This document shows positions 53,069 to 64,000 of a stretch of DNA of 64,000 nt, piece by piece. Below the pieces are notes generated by a model. It saw nothing but the letters and a program-made list of their open reading frames with translations, did not search any database and was not told the DNA's origin. Within the stretch, counting starts at the first letter, position 1; each line of letters starts with the position of its first letter. The position numbers and the translations under genes are program-made. Source of the stretch: Eledone cirrhosa (Eukaryota). The DNA lies in contig OZ024742.1 of assembly GCA_964016885.1 (NCBI GenBank), forward strand, positions 245,396,001-245,460,000, given 5' to 3'.

Positions 53069-54784
53069 ATGCCTTACAGTCAAGCTTAAACCGTTGCGAT
53101 ATATATGTTTGTGTTCCGTAACTGTTAGACAGAAAATAGATTGATGCAATCTGAGAGTGGATATGATCTATGAAACCAATGTGGTGCTACAGCCTGGCCA
53201 TAGTCTGGATGAAACTAACAAAAGAACAGTAGCGACGGGGTGGGAGAGTTGAAACTTGATTTTATATATTTGTTGTATAAATACAGAGAGAGTGAGAGGC
53301 GGTGATGTGTATGTAAGCTTTAGTCTCGACAAAGAACAGCTGTTCTCTATCGAAATAATTAAACCTAGCCTGTGATAACCTAATTAATATATTATTTCTT
53401 ATTCAACGGATCATTAAAAAGAGAAATTTAAAAAATAATCTCAATTGCTATTTAAAAATTAAAGAAATTGCCTAAAACTTGAAAACAAAATTCTGGAAAA
53501 AAAAAGAAATTACAAAAAGCAAATAAACCATAATATATATAAGTGTCTAAGTTTCCAATAGAATTTTAACTCGCTAAACGTCTAAGAATATGTGTGTGGT
53601 GTTGTTTTAGCCCCAGGACGGTTAGCTCCTAATCGAGCAGAGCAGATCTATGATCAAAGGCATTCCAGTTGTGACCATCCAATATTTTTCCTGTGTAAAA
53701 GTTTTCCAAGACTATATTATCCAACGTGTCCTTATTTTAAGACAGTAGGGCATAATTTCATGGGATGGGGGGTGTTTGGCTGCTATTTCTAGCAAGTCAA
53801 ACGACCACATAGAGGCTCCTCCGCTGATTCATGTGTGTGTGTGTGTGTGTGTGTGTGTGCTTGATGACTGGTTCGTGAGTGTGTGTTTTATGACTATGGT
53901 TTGTGAGTGTGTGTGTGTTTAATGAATGTAGTTCGTGAGAGTGTGTGTATGTTTTTGATGACTGGTTTGTGTGTGTGAGTACAGCCAGTGACTTAAGTTT
54001 CAAACAAAGACAAGAATGAACAGGAAAGTTGAGAACAAAAAGAAAGTATCAAAACACATCGCATAAAGTTGGAAGGATATAGAAGCATAAATAAAAGAAA
54101 AATTAGGGACCCTCTAGTTTAAAAATCACTAGCATTGAAACGAACCAGCAAGGTCGCCTCTACAGGATCGCTCGACCTATTAGAAATAACAGTCAAGTCT
54201 CTCTCTCAAAAACCTATTGTCTTGTCTTGTGGATACTGTAGTCCTACATACGCATAAAAAAAGACGTGCTGTCTCAGCTTGAATTGGATATATTTGATGA
54301 TAGGGTGATCGGTCAAGGTTGACTTGGGGTTAAACAACAACAGCAGCTATCAGTCCATTTGACAATGATGGTTAAGTTAAAGCTAAGTTTCGGGAGGGTA
54401 ATCCTCATCAACATCGAAGAATCTTTGCTATTATTTGGGTTAGGACAAAATAAACGATAAGAAAATCAGACTTTTAAACAGTTACTGATGAGTAGCTATC
54501 TAGTTGTCTTAAAGAAACAATTATCTGGCCATACATATAATATATAAGATGTTACTAATTATGATTTCATTTATTGGCCACAAGGGCCGTAAGATGTTAC
54601 TAATTATGATAAGTAAACACATTATTTAACTTAGTACTATATATTTTTAAAAAAGTAGAGAGAGAACTACTATTAAAGATATATAGGCCCTATGATCAAG
54701 CTTAAACCGTTTTACAATTGAAAAGGTTTAAGCTTGACCATAGGGCATATATATCTTATATTAATAACTCTCTCTCTCCCTCTC

Positions 54785-54875
54785 ATATATATATACACAC
54801 ACACGTAGTTATATATATACACACACACACGTAGTTATATACATACATACATACATACATACATACATACATACA

Positions 54876-54968
<93 letters not shown>

Positions 54969-54985
54969 GTAGTTATATGTGTGTG
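54785..54985. repeat. Compound (TACA)n/(TA)n microsatellite, representative of dozens of (TA)n/(CA)n tracts
   Basis: Direct reading. Confidence 0.95.
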
Positions 54986-55156
54986 CATATGCAGGAAGGC
55001 CAGTGTTTACTCTCAATACACGATACTTCAAAACATAAATAAATACACACACACACATCTATATATCCATACTCTACAACCCCAAGTATCGAGTATTCTC
55101 TTGAGTAATGGTCTAACCAGTTTCAAACTGAATCCATCCTGATTTATATATATATA

Positions 55157-55206
<50 letters not shown>

Positions 55207-55559
55207 GCAAACAACTTGATTTCTACCAGCACGAGTACAGTATTCAGTAAGAATGTATGTCAGTATAAGTGACAACTGACCTCTGTGCTATGAGCCCTTA
55301 AATGGTTATCCTAGTTAAATCTTTGACATGCAAACATGAAGTTAAGTGTAATATGCCAAGACAAGCGCCAAAATGGTAACTTTCTACACACCCAACTGTA
55401 GTATAAATACACGAAAAAGCTTCAAATAATTCATCAAGCAAAATATGACCAGGATAAAATATAAACAGACGAGTAAAATAACAAAAGACACTCCCATTCC
55501 CTAAAAAAAAAATACAAAAAAATCAAACCATAATTATTCTATAAAATTTGTAGATATTC

Positions 55560-55900
55560 GGAAGTGTTTGTATGAAATGTTTTAGATGTGAAAACAATAA
55601 AGTAATAACAGCCGTTTACTTACTAAAAATCTCAAATGTGGCGTGTTGTTTGCTGCATAGTTACCATGTCAAAAGATAGGGAGAAAGTTTCTGTTTGTTG
55701 TCGGGTCGAGCAACGAACAAATCACATACACACACTTATGACTTAACTCCATCATTGATTCCAAAACAGGGTAGTTTGTTTTAAACGTATATTTTTGTTA
55801 TACCCTTCAGCTATCTATTTTCTGAAGGAGCCCATACGTAGAGATCTCGATGTAATTAAACGACGAGAAGCGAATAGTCACTAGTGAGTAAGTAATAAAC
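55560..55900. promoter_or_regulatory. Candidate TSS region / non-coding first exon(s), possibly bidirectional
   Basis: Unique non-repeat sequence in a CpG-retaining zone. Minus-strand GTAAGT donor at 55623-55618; plus-strand GTGAGT/GTAAGT donors at 55884-55893 pointing the other way. Inference only. Confidence 0.4.
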
Positions 55901-58832
55901 CTTCTCTTCCTCACACCACTCCGTACATAAAATAGTGTGTCAGTGTTGCTGTTCATGTATGTGATTGTATTAATGTATTTGAGTAAGTGTGCCTGCATCT
56001 GTGTGTATATGATTGCGTTGGTGTATCTGAGCATGTGTGTTGGTGTATGTGATATTGTTAGTGTATCTGAGTGTCTGATTCTGTTAATGTGACTGTTTGT
56101 ATGATTGTGTTAGTGTGATTGTCTCTATACGTGCATCTGTTTTAATATAATAGGTGGACGCTAGTGAAGAAAGTATTGTTGACTATATTTTGAATGCCTT
56201 CATAAAGAGGAAAAGAGATCGATAAGCAACTATATATATATATATTCAAAAGTTAATTTATTATTCCCTCTGTCTATATATATACCCATGTATTTGTGTG
56301 TTGTATTTATTATATACTTCAATTTTCTATGTTTGTTTGTTCTAGTTTATGGAACCATCAATCGATTGACACATCATAGCTTTCTTATCAAAACATTACA
56401 GTACCGTTGTTGTTAGAGGGGTCAAGTCAGTAATTTCCCCTTCTGCCTCGCTATCGCTTTCCTCATTTATCTATTTCTTTTCCCTCGCCCTATCTATCCA
56501 CTTAATGGTGAGCCTGTGCTAGCGAGGGTGTACGTGGTCACTCGACTTGCTAAAAATAGCAGCCAAGTCACCCTCAAATTACACCTTACCCCCTTAAAGG
56601 TGGGCAGACAAGTTACAAAATATAGCCATCGGATATTTAAAGAAAAAACGTTTTGGTCACGGCTGGAACGCCTTTCATCACAAGTCTACTCGATCAGAAC
56701 TGACGTTAGACTAAACAACAACTTTACACGAGCCAACGAGTGGACCTATACGTAGACTCTTGATTTGCTAGAAAGAAGAGCCAAATCTTCCTCGAATCAT
56801 CAGACCTCCTGCCAATCTCTAAAAACCCAAATTCGAAGTACTATGAAAAAAAGTGTCCCAAAACGGAGAGAAATAAGGGAAAATGGGGAGATTTTACAGA
56901 ATGAAAGCTATACCCATTTTCACAAGAGAAAACATCTCTCACCCACCCCGTCGGTCGGGGAGAGTTGACAGGTCTGAACCACAGCGTATTATCTTGAAGG
57001 GAAAAAAGAACACGTTATTAGATTAAGTACTTCTATATATATATACAGTGCATGAAAATATGACGATATCGTCCTGACTGGAACGCTGAGGGAGAAAAAC
57101 AGCAGGAAGACGCATAGAAGTCATGACCTCTGTGGGCCCAATTCCCTTAAAGTCTTAGGTGGAATCAAGGGTAAAAACCCTTGATGTGAGTTCTCCTGAA
57201 GTGTCCATGCAATGCATTCGCTACATTGCGATTTTCCACCTACTATACTAGTACAAACTGTAAAGTGCTCGTTTTGGTGTCACGATAAAAAGCATCCAAT
57301 CCACAGCGTAAATTTGATTGGCGTTAGGAAAGGTATCCAGACATAGAAACTAAGCCAGAAACAGTTCTGTATGAGGAAGATAGGATCATCTGATATGACT
57401 TGTCTCACGACGATACAGCTCATCTAACCCATGCTAACATGGCAAAATGAACGTTATACTATGATAGTGATGATATACTGTACATGAAAATATGCCAGCA
57501 TGGTCCTGACTGGAGCATCTTTGACGATATGCCTACTTGATCAGGACTGATGTAGTGTCAACTTACCTTTACATATAATGTAGCTGAGCAAAAATTCTGC
57601 ATAAAAAATGTAAATGAGGTAGTATCTCAAATATGAAATATTGTGAGTTGAATATTTAGATCAACTAAGACAATCCTAGCAATTAATAGATAGTATCAGC
57701 AATGGAAAGACCAATGAAAACATTATTTCCTTAATCTGATTTGATAAGTTCCACTCCACTTGGTAAGTGGATGCAGTCTGGGATCTTGTCGATCAATCAA
57801 TAAAAGTTTTTAAATATCTGAAAACAACAAGCTAATATGATATGTTAATCAAAGTTTTCGAATAATATAGACAATACAGATTCATGCAAATATGCTTTTA
57901 ATGCAAACTAATGAAAGCAAGGGACATATTTTGGTTTTATTAGACATCCTTAGTGAAGCATATTTCCTAATTAACCCTTTAGCATTTAAACCAGCCGTAT
58001 TCGGCCAGAATTCTCTCACCTCTTTCTGTTCAAACCAGCTGTACCTAGCTGCTCATACTGATGTTAAGGTATTGTTCTCAAAATAAATAATATCATAATC
58101 TCATAGATTCGATATTATGTGAGATAATTATGAAACATAAAGCCTTTACCCTGAAAATACAATAGTATATATAAAGTAATGTAAATGCTAAAGGGTTAAT
58201 GTGATGCAGTCATTTTTTTAAAAAAGAAGTCTTATTAATGTGGTCTTATGTAATAAAAGATGTTAATTAAAAAATAGATTTAACTGTTTCTGGAGTGTGA
58301 GTTATTTCTTTTTTTTTAACTTTCTTTTATTGGTTTACTGGAGACTATGACCATGCTGGGGTACCACCTTCATTTAGTCAATCATACAAATGAACCCAAA
58401 ACAATTTTTCAAGTCTGCTACTTATTTTATCAATCTCTTTTTTTCTTGAACTGCAAAGCTACGGGACATAAACACTGACACACACCCACACCCCACTCAC
58501 ACACACTGCTTCTTCAGAGGTGTGGCTTCATGTGTCATTTTTATTTTTTAATGTCCTGTACCACATGAAACCACATTAGCAAGACATTCTTGAAAAGTAC
58601 AGAACAGCTGGCAGATGAGAAGAGAGTTAGGAGAATGTTTGTAATGTTGTTATGTAGAGAGAAGTTATTGTAGTTAGGTTAGTCTGGTAAGTAAATGAAT
58701 CTATATGTAAATGGAATTTAGTTGTATAATTTTGAGTCCTCTTTTGTATTATCTATATTAGTCAGTAAGTTGGTTGGTATATATATAGGAATTATGATTG
58801 GTGCTCTGAAATAGCGATGTATACATGAATGC

Positions 58833-59191
58833 ATGTATAATATATTTGGCAATATACCATGTTTAATTAAAAATATTTAGAAGACCATACACTATCAGTT
58901 CACCGAAAATAAGTAAGTGACATAGTCAAATTTTTGCTGGACCGGCAATCGCTCTGTATAATCAGCTCCTGATTATTACTGGAATTCTATAAGAATCCAG
59001 CTTCTATAATTTTCGGCGGAAGCAGGGGAGTACATGGTTCTGATGAACGCTAACCAGCGTGAAATAGACTGTCAACCTCTCTCCCTATTTTACTGAAAAT
59101 AAGTAAGTGACATAGTCACTACTTTAAAACTGATAGCTTATGGTCTTCTAAATGTTTTTAATTAAACATACGGTATATTGCCAAATATATT

Positions 59192-59197
<6 letters not shown>
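58833..59197 (+). mobile_element. Penelope-like/retrozyme-type mini-element with inverted termini, internal direct repeat and hammerhead
   Basis: ~70-bp inverted ends (atgtataatatatttggcaatatacc.../...ggtatattgccaaatatattatacat). Direct repeat gaaaataagtaagtgacatagtca at ~58905 and ~59095 brackets the ribozyme. Ends in (TA)n. Confidence 0.65.
59036..59077 (+). ncRNA. Minimal type I hammerhead ribozyme motif (intact core, GUC site)
   Basis: ggtt-CTGATGA-acgct aacc agcgt-GAAA-tagactg-TC-aacc. Stem I GGTT/AACC (extendable by gggag/ctccc), 5-bp stem II, near-palindromic stem III. Predicted cleavage after C59073. Confidence 0.8.
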
Positions 59198-59213
<16 letters not shown>

Positions 59214-59223
<10 letters not shown>

Positions 59224-59722
59224 GTATATGTATACATATATGTATATATATAAAGGCCTGGTTATATGATGCCTGTGTGAGATGTGCGATGCTGCATGGT
59301 AGTAAGACATGGGCAGCAACTGCAGAGGATATGCAACAGCTGGAGAGAAATGAAGCAAGCATGCCCCGTTGGATGTGCAATGTCTATGTGCGTGAACGAC
59401 CAAGCATAGACAAGTTGAGAGAGAAACTGTATATAAGAGGGATAAGCTCTAGTGTGCGGGAGAGAAGACTACAATGGTATAGACATGTGATGCACATGGA
59501 AGATGACCGTTGGGTAAAGAAGTGCCAAGAAATCCCAGTGGAAGGAAGACGCATTTGAGGAAGACCACAAAAATCATGGGCGGAGGTGGTAAGAGCTGAC
59601 CTCAGATCACTGAAGTTCATAGAGGAGATGACGAAGGACTGAGACGACTGGAGAGATGCTGTGCTGAATAGGAACCGTTCCACCCTTGCAAGCAGGGAAA
59701 AGCAGACGTAAAATGATGATGA

Positions 59723-59725
<3 letters not shown>
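59214..59725 (+). mobile_element. RTE LINE 3' fragment
   Basis: LYDACVRCAMLHGSKTW...ERRLQWYRHVMHM...; (ATG)n tail; lies between (TA)n tracts. Confidence 0.9.
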
Positions 59726-59819
<94 letters not shown>

Positions 59820-59820
59820 C

Positions 59821-60187
59821 TCATTAAAAACAATTCATTCAAAACAACAGAAGGCCTGACTGGAAACTTTCCCTATACATATTTTGATGGCCCACCTTCA
59901 TTATCATGATGCAAGACTTAGATGATTTCATCAGGTGTTAAATGCAGAATTAGTTAATAAGAAAACAGGATTATGGTGAACACAAATAGAGAAAAGAAAA
60001 TATAAAAAGAGGACCGATTTGATTTGGGGATGGCCAGCCAATTCAGTGATATTATGATGGCAAACCATCCCTGAGTCTTGCGCCATGATCGGATGATGAA
60101 GATGGGCCATCAAAATATGTATAGTGTTTTCATGGAATTAAAATTCTAAAGTAAGTCTCCAGTCTGGCCTTCTGTTGTTTTTAATGA
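59821..60187. repeat. Fold-back element with a decayed hammerhead-like motif
   Basis: Inverted arms aaaacaacagaaggcc..ctatacatattttgatggccca / tgggccatcaaaatatgtatag..ggccttctgttgtttt. The motif aTGATGA-a-gatg ggc catc-aAAA-tatgta lies at 60093-60121. Confidence 0.6.
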
Positions 60188-60976
60188 ATATTTAACTCCG
60201 TTCCTGCACCAGCCACTGGATACCACATCTACAATGGATGATTTGCATAACATTAAGTAATTTAATTTATTGCATCATCGTTTACTAACCGGAATCACCA
60301 GTTCTACCCATCAGTAAACAATCTAACATAAATGCTATATATATGTGTGTGTGTGTGTGTAGATAAATATAGAGGTTCCTATTTTATTATTGTTGCTTCA
60401 ATGAACTTGGTGGACAGAATGATTAATATGTTACCGTGGAGGCTGGCAAGGCAGATATACTGAAAGAGCTAGTCTGACTCATTGGCAAGGCCAGATTAAA
60501 TCTTTTGAAGCTCTATGTACTTCATCCCTTCCCCTTATATATAAAGTCAGTGAAAAAAATATTTGTTGGGAATGACAAATACATTTAATTTGAATAAAAT
60601 GGTGCTCAGATCAGGAAAATTATTATCCTGCCCGGCTTTTTGCTGTCCTCTCTGTCTAACACATCTAGTCCCATCTGCAATGGGAAGCCATCTGCGTCCA
60701 ATCCATGTTTACGTATCTCATTGAGAGCAGCATATCATGGTAGGCTGTCAGTACTGGGATGGCATTACAGCAGGTAGAGTCTGAAAGTGTCTACCATAGA
60801 CCTACAATGGAATTTGTATTGCTCACAGATTCTGAGACGAGTATGAGAGAAATGCCAATACAGAGACAGTCACCAGTTGAACATAGGAGATGGCATTCAG
60901 TCAGGCACCACTATTGGACTGGGAGGTGGAGCTGAAACATACCAATTAGTATAGTTAATATGAAGTATTGTGAGAT

Positions 60977-61340
60977 ATATAATGAATTACTGATAAGCTT
61001 CAGAAAGCTGGTACAATGCAGTAGATATATATAAAGAGCAAAGGTTGACAAATAAAACAAAACAAAGTAATGTTTGACCCAGTATATTTCAACATGATAT
61101 TTCAGGGGTAGTACACTCTTTTCAAATGTGAAACGAAAACGATTCAAAGTTAGAGAAGAACACATCAGTTGTTTGTTTTGTTCTGAACCATTTTCAATTT
61201 ACATTTGAAAAGAGAGTAGTAGCTCTGAAATATACTGGGTCAAACATTACTTTGTTTTGTTTTATTTGTCATCCTTTGGCCTTTATATATTTCTACCATA
61301 TTGTACTGGCTTTCTGAAAACCTTCAGTCATTTATTATAT
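60977..61340. repeat. Long inverted repeat / MITE-like fold-back
   Basis: gacaaataaaacaaaacaaagtaatgtttgacccagtatatttca mirrored by tgaaatatactgggtcaaacattactttgttttgttttatttgtc. Confidence 0.75.
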
Positions 61341-61344
61341 ACTA

Positions 61345-61530
61345 CTGGATTGGCAGTATCAGTAGAGGATCGGGCGCCATGCTTTGAAGCATAGAGTTAC
61401 CTCCCTTTATGATCTGAGTTCAAATCCCACCGAGGTTAACTTTGCCTTTCATCCTTACTGGGTCGATAAAATAAAGTACCAGTAATGCACTGGGATAATT
61501 GCTGGCCTGGTGCCAAAAGTAGAAACAATT
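61345..61530 (+). mobile_element. SINE family A
   Basis: Full copy. Confidence 0.85.
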
Positions 61531-61559
61531 ATATACTACTTAGTGCTGGTCAACCAGGT

Positions 61560-62230
61560 GCACAAAGTTGTTTGAGACTTTGTTGTACTGGATGACATCG
61601 CCTTTGTGTTGGGCAGGTCACATGGGTAACCGTGTATACCCTGACTGATCAAGGTAAGTTTTGAGATGTTGTGGAGAGCCTTGTTGATAAAGGCATGACA
61701 AGAGGTCATTCGGCTATTGGAACTTAAATTTGAGGGTCAATCAGACAGCATGTGGGTGGATTGGTGAACCAAAGATAAAGATATCATCCTTCTGGATCAC
61801 CTGCACCTGATAAAGTGTTGATTATACGCACTTGAAGGAAGCAATGGAATTCTCTCTGTATCATAGTTGACATTTGTGACCTCAAATTTGAAAGAATGTA
61901 TTTTAAGGTTGATCCTTGTCAAGGCAGTGACTGCCAAGTAGGAGTCACAGCTGATAGTATCAGCAGGTCTGTCTATAGTTATAACATTGAAGTACCAATC
62001 ACTGAATGGTACCATGATGCTACACGCTATATCATCAACATCAATTGTGAAGGGATGAGGACCTTGGTGATCGCCTGATGAAAGCAGAAATAATATTATC
62101 AGCAATGAAGGGCATACCTAGTGATCCATGTGACAAGTAGTCATAGTACAGAAGTTAAATACATTCCTCATTTTGAGGTTCACAATGAAATGTTGAGATT
62201 TTGTTGAGTGAGGTTGGAGTGAGGTTGGAG
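61560..62230 (-). mobile_element. Ancient CR1/L2-like RT remnant
   Basis: SSGDHQG-PHPFTIDVDDI resembles SGVPQGS.LGP.LF.IY.DD; heavily degraded. Confidence 0.35.
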
Positions 62231-62929
62231 TGAGGAGTCTTAACTTTAAACATTTTGTAATGAATTAATAGAAAATATCTAAAAACAGGTTTGTTGATTT
62301 AAATGTTTATAGTATCATTTATCCATTTGAAGGTCAATTGATGAAACACCAGTCAAGTAATGGGGGTTGATTCTTCTTCTTCTTCTCCTCCTCCTCCGTT
62401 TTCTCCCCTTCTTCCCCCCCTCTAAGAAATCAACTGTGGTCAAACCAAGAAAAAAACAGGAATCTCCAGGTGTAAAATGCCAAAAGTACACCACCCTCCA
62501 CCCTTGTCACTCTGTTAAGAGTTAAAGTCTCAGGGATCAGTGAGTGAATATAAGTCAAAGTTGACCTTGGCAGGATTTGAACTCAGAGAGCAGTGAGCTG
62601 AGACAAATACCCTGGTATTTAATTTGACACCCTAATCACTTTGTCAATTCAAGACCTATACTAAATTCTATATAAAATATAATAATCTTTCTACATTTGT
62701 CTTCTGGAATTACCTTTTTGCAATAAAACCTGTCATAAAAAATAAATAAGAATTTACACAGGAGTTATTGTACTGTGGAATTCCTTGGCAATTGTCCTTT
62801 ATACAAACCACTGCCACTGGTCAAATGTAAAGGTTAGTCCAATAAAATATTTAATGCTTGGTACTGTGATTCAGGTTTCATGTTGTGACTTGAGTGAAGT
62901 CACTTTTATATATATATATATATGTAATA

Positions 62930-63615
62930 TGTGTAATAGTAATATATGTGAACGGCAAAGCATAAACGAACTAAGAAAAAAAATTAGAAATAAGAGGGAT
63001 CAGATGTTGTTTACTCGAGAGAAGGCTACGTTGGTATGGTCACGTGATGCACATGAAAGACGATAGCTGTATAACAAAGTGCAGGGCAATAAAGATAGAC
63101 GGTAGCCACGGAATAGGCAGACCCAGAAAAACCTGGGACGAGCTGATAAATTCCGACCTCACACACTTACACCTCACCAAGACAATGTCACTGGACCGAG
63201 ACCTTTGGCGGTACTCAGTAATAGAGAGGACCCGCCTTACCTAAATACATAGTAAAACCTACTACAGTCAGTAGGCATCTCTAACAAAATACACCCCCGT
63301 CCCACCACCCCCACCCCATCCACACCGCCCCTTTCAATGTAAAGTTATGTTGGTGCCACAACATCCAGGCCGAAACAAATGAGATCGTGTAGGTGTCACG
63401 TCAAAAAAACACACAGTCCACGCTGTAATGTGGCCGTGTAGGCAACAGGGTAAAAACCTCCCAGACCCACACTGTAAATGTGGTTGGTGTTAGGAAGGGC
63501 ATCCAGCTGTAGAAAACCCGCCAGATAGTCCTATGCGAGCAAGATAACCACTCTTGCCTCAAGTGGGAAAACCCTCCGTCCAAACCCATGCAAGCATGGA
63601 ACACGGACGTTAAAC

Positions 63616-63654
<39 letters not shown>

Positions 63655-63655
63655 A
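62930..63655 (+). mobile_element. RTE LINE 3' fragment with composite tail
   Basis: WYGHVMHMKDD...GRPRKTWDELI...DRDLWR; ends in cccatgcaagcatggaacacggacgttaaacg(ATG)n. Confidence 0.9.
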
Positions 63656-63776
63656 TAATTCATTTTTTAATTTCTTTTGCGAGACTTCTTATCTGAAAAT
63701 GTGTGTTGAAACAGATATTGTTATAATTTGAGAGGAGGATCGTGTTGCCAATTAAAAATCAAGCACCTGTTGGTTT

Positions 63777-64000
63777 TCACTTCAATTTATTATAAGTTTC
63801 CGGTTGGTTGGTTCGATAACTGGAAGGTTGTTTATATATTGTCAAAGCTCTTTTGTCCCACATTTTGTGACCTACAGAATAAAAACCTAGTCACTGAGGA
63901 GGTCACAGAATGTGTGATGAAAGAGGTTTGACAATATATAAAACACCTTCCGGTTATCGAACCAACCAGCCAACCGGAAACTTATAATAAATTGAAGTGA
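63777..64000. repeat. Fold-back element running to the window edge
   Basis: tcacttcaatttattataagtttccggttgg... mirrored by ...ccaaccggaaacttataataaattgaagtga. Confidence 0.8.
63890..63932 (+). ncRNA. Hammerhead-like motif at the centre of a fold-back element
   Basis: gtca-CTGAGGA-g-gtcac agaatgt gtgat-GAAA-gaggTT-tgac. Stem I GTCA/TGAC; the left arm gives gagctt for stem III. Confidence 0.5.

Overview
AT-rich, repeat-dense animal genomic DNA, most consistent with an octopod cephalopod (inferred from the SINE/RTE repertoire and the microsatellite load, not from a database search). Only one convincing coding segment is present: a ~1.44-kb minus-strand exon (36772-35332) with good splice sites, encoding 425 aa of a disordered N-terminus that tentatively resembles class II PI3-kinase. 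A candidate non-coding first exon and possibly bidirectional promoter lie near 55.6-55.9 kb in a CpG-retaining zone, so most of the window is probably intronic. The rest is tRNA-derived SINEs, RTE and R4/Dong LINE fragments, piggyBac-, hAT- and Tc2-like MITEs, a Helitron end, mini/microsatellites and a 200-N gap. The most striking unexplained structure is a dispersed set of about a dozen minimal type I hammerhead-ribozyme motifs (CUGANGA-stem II-GAAA-palindromic stem III-UH), some intact and some decayed. Many sit in fold-back elements beside (TA)n tracts, resembling Penelope-like element termini or retrozymes. Also notable are a 1.37-kb near-perfect palindrome and a twin-primed, 5'-inverted RTE insertion. 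All calls were made by eye and repeat boundaries are approximate.
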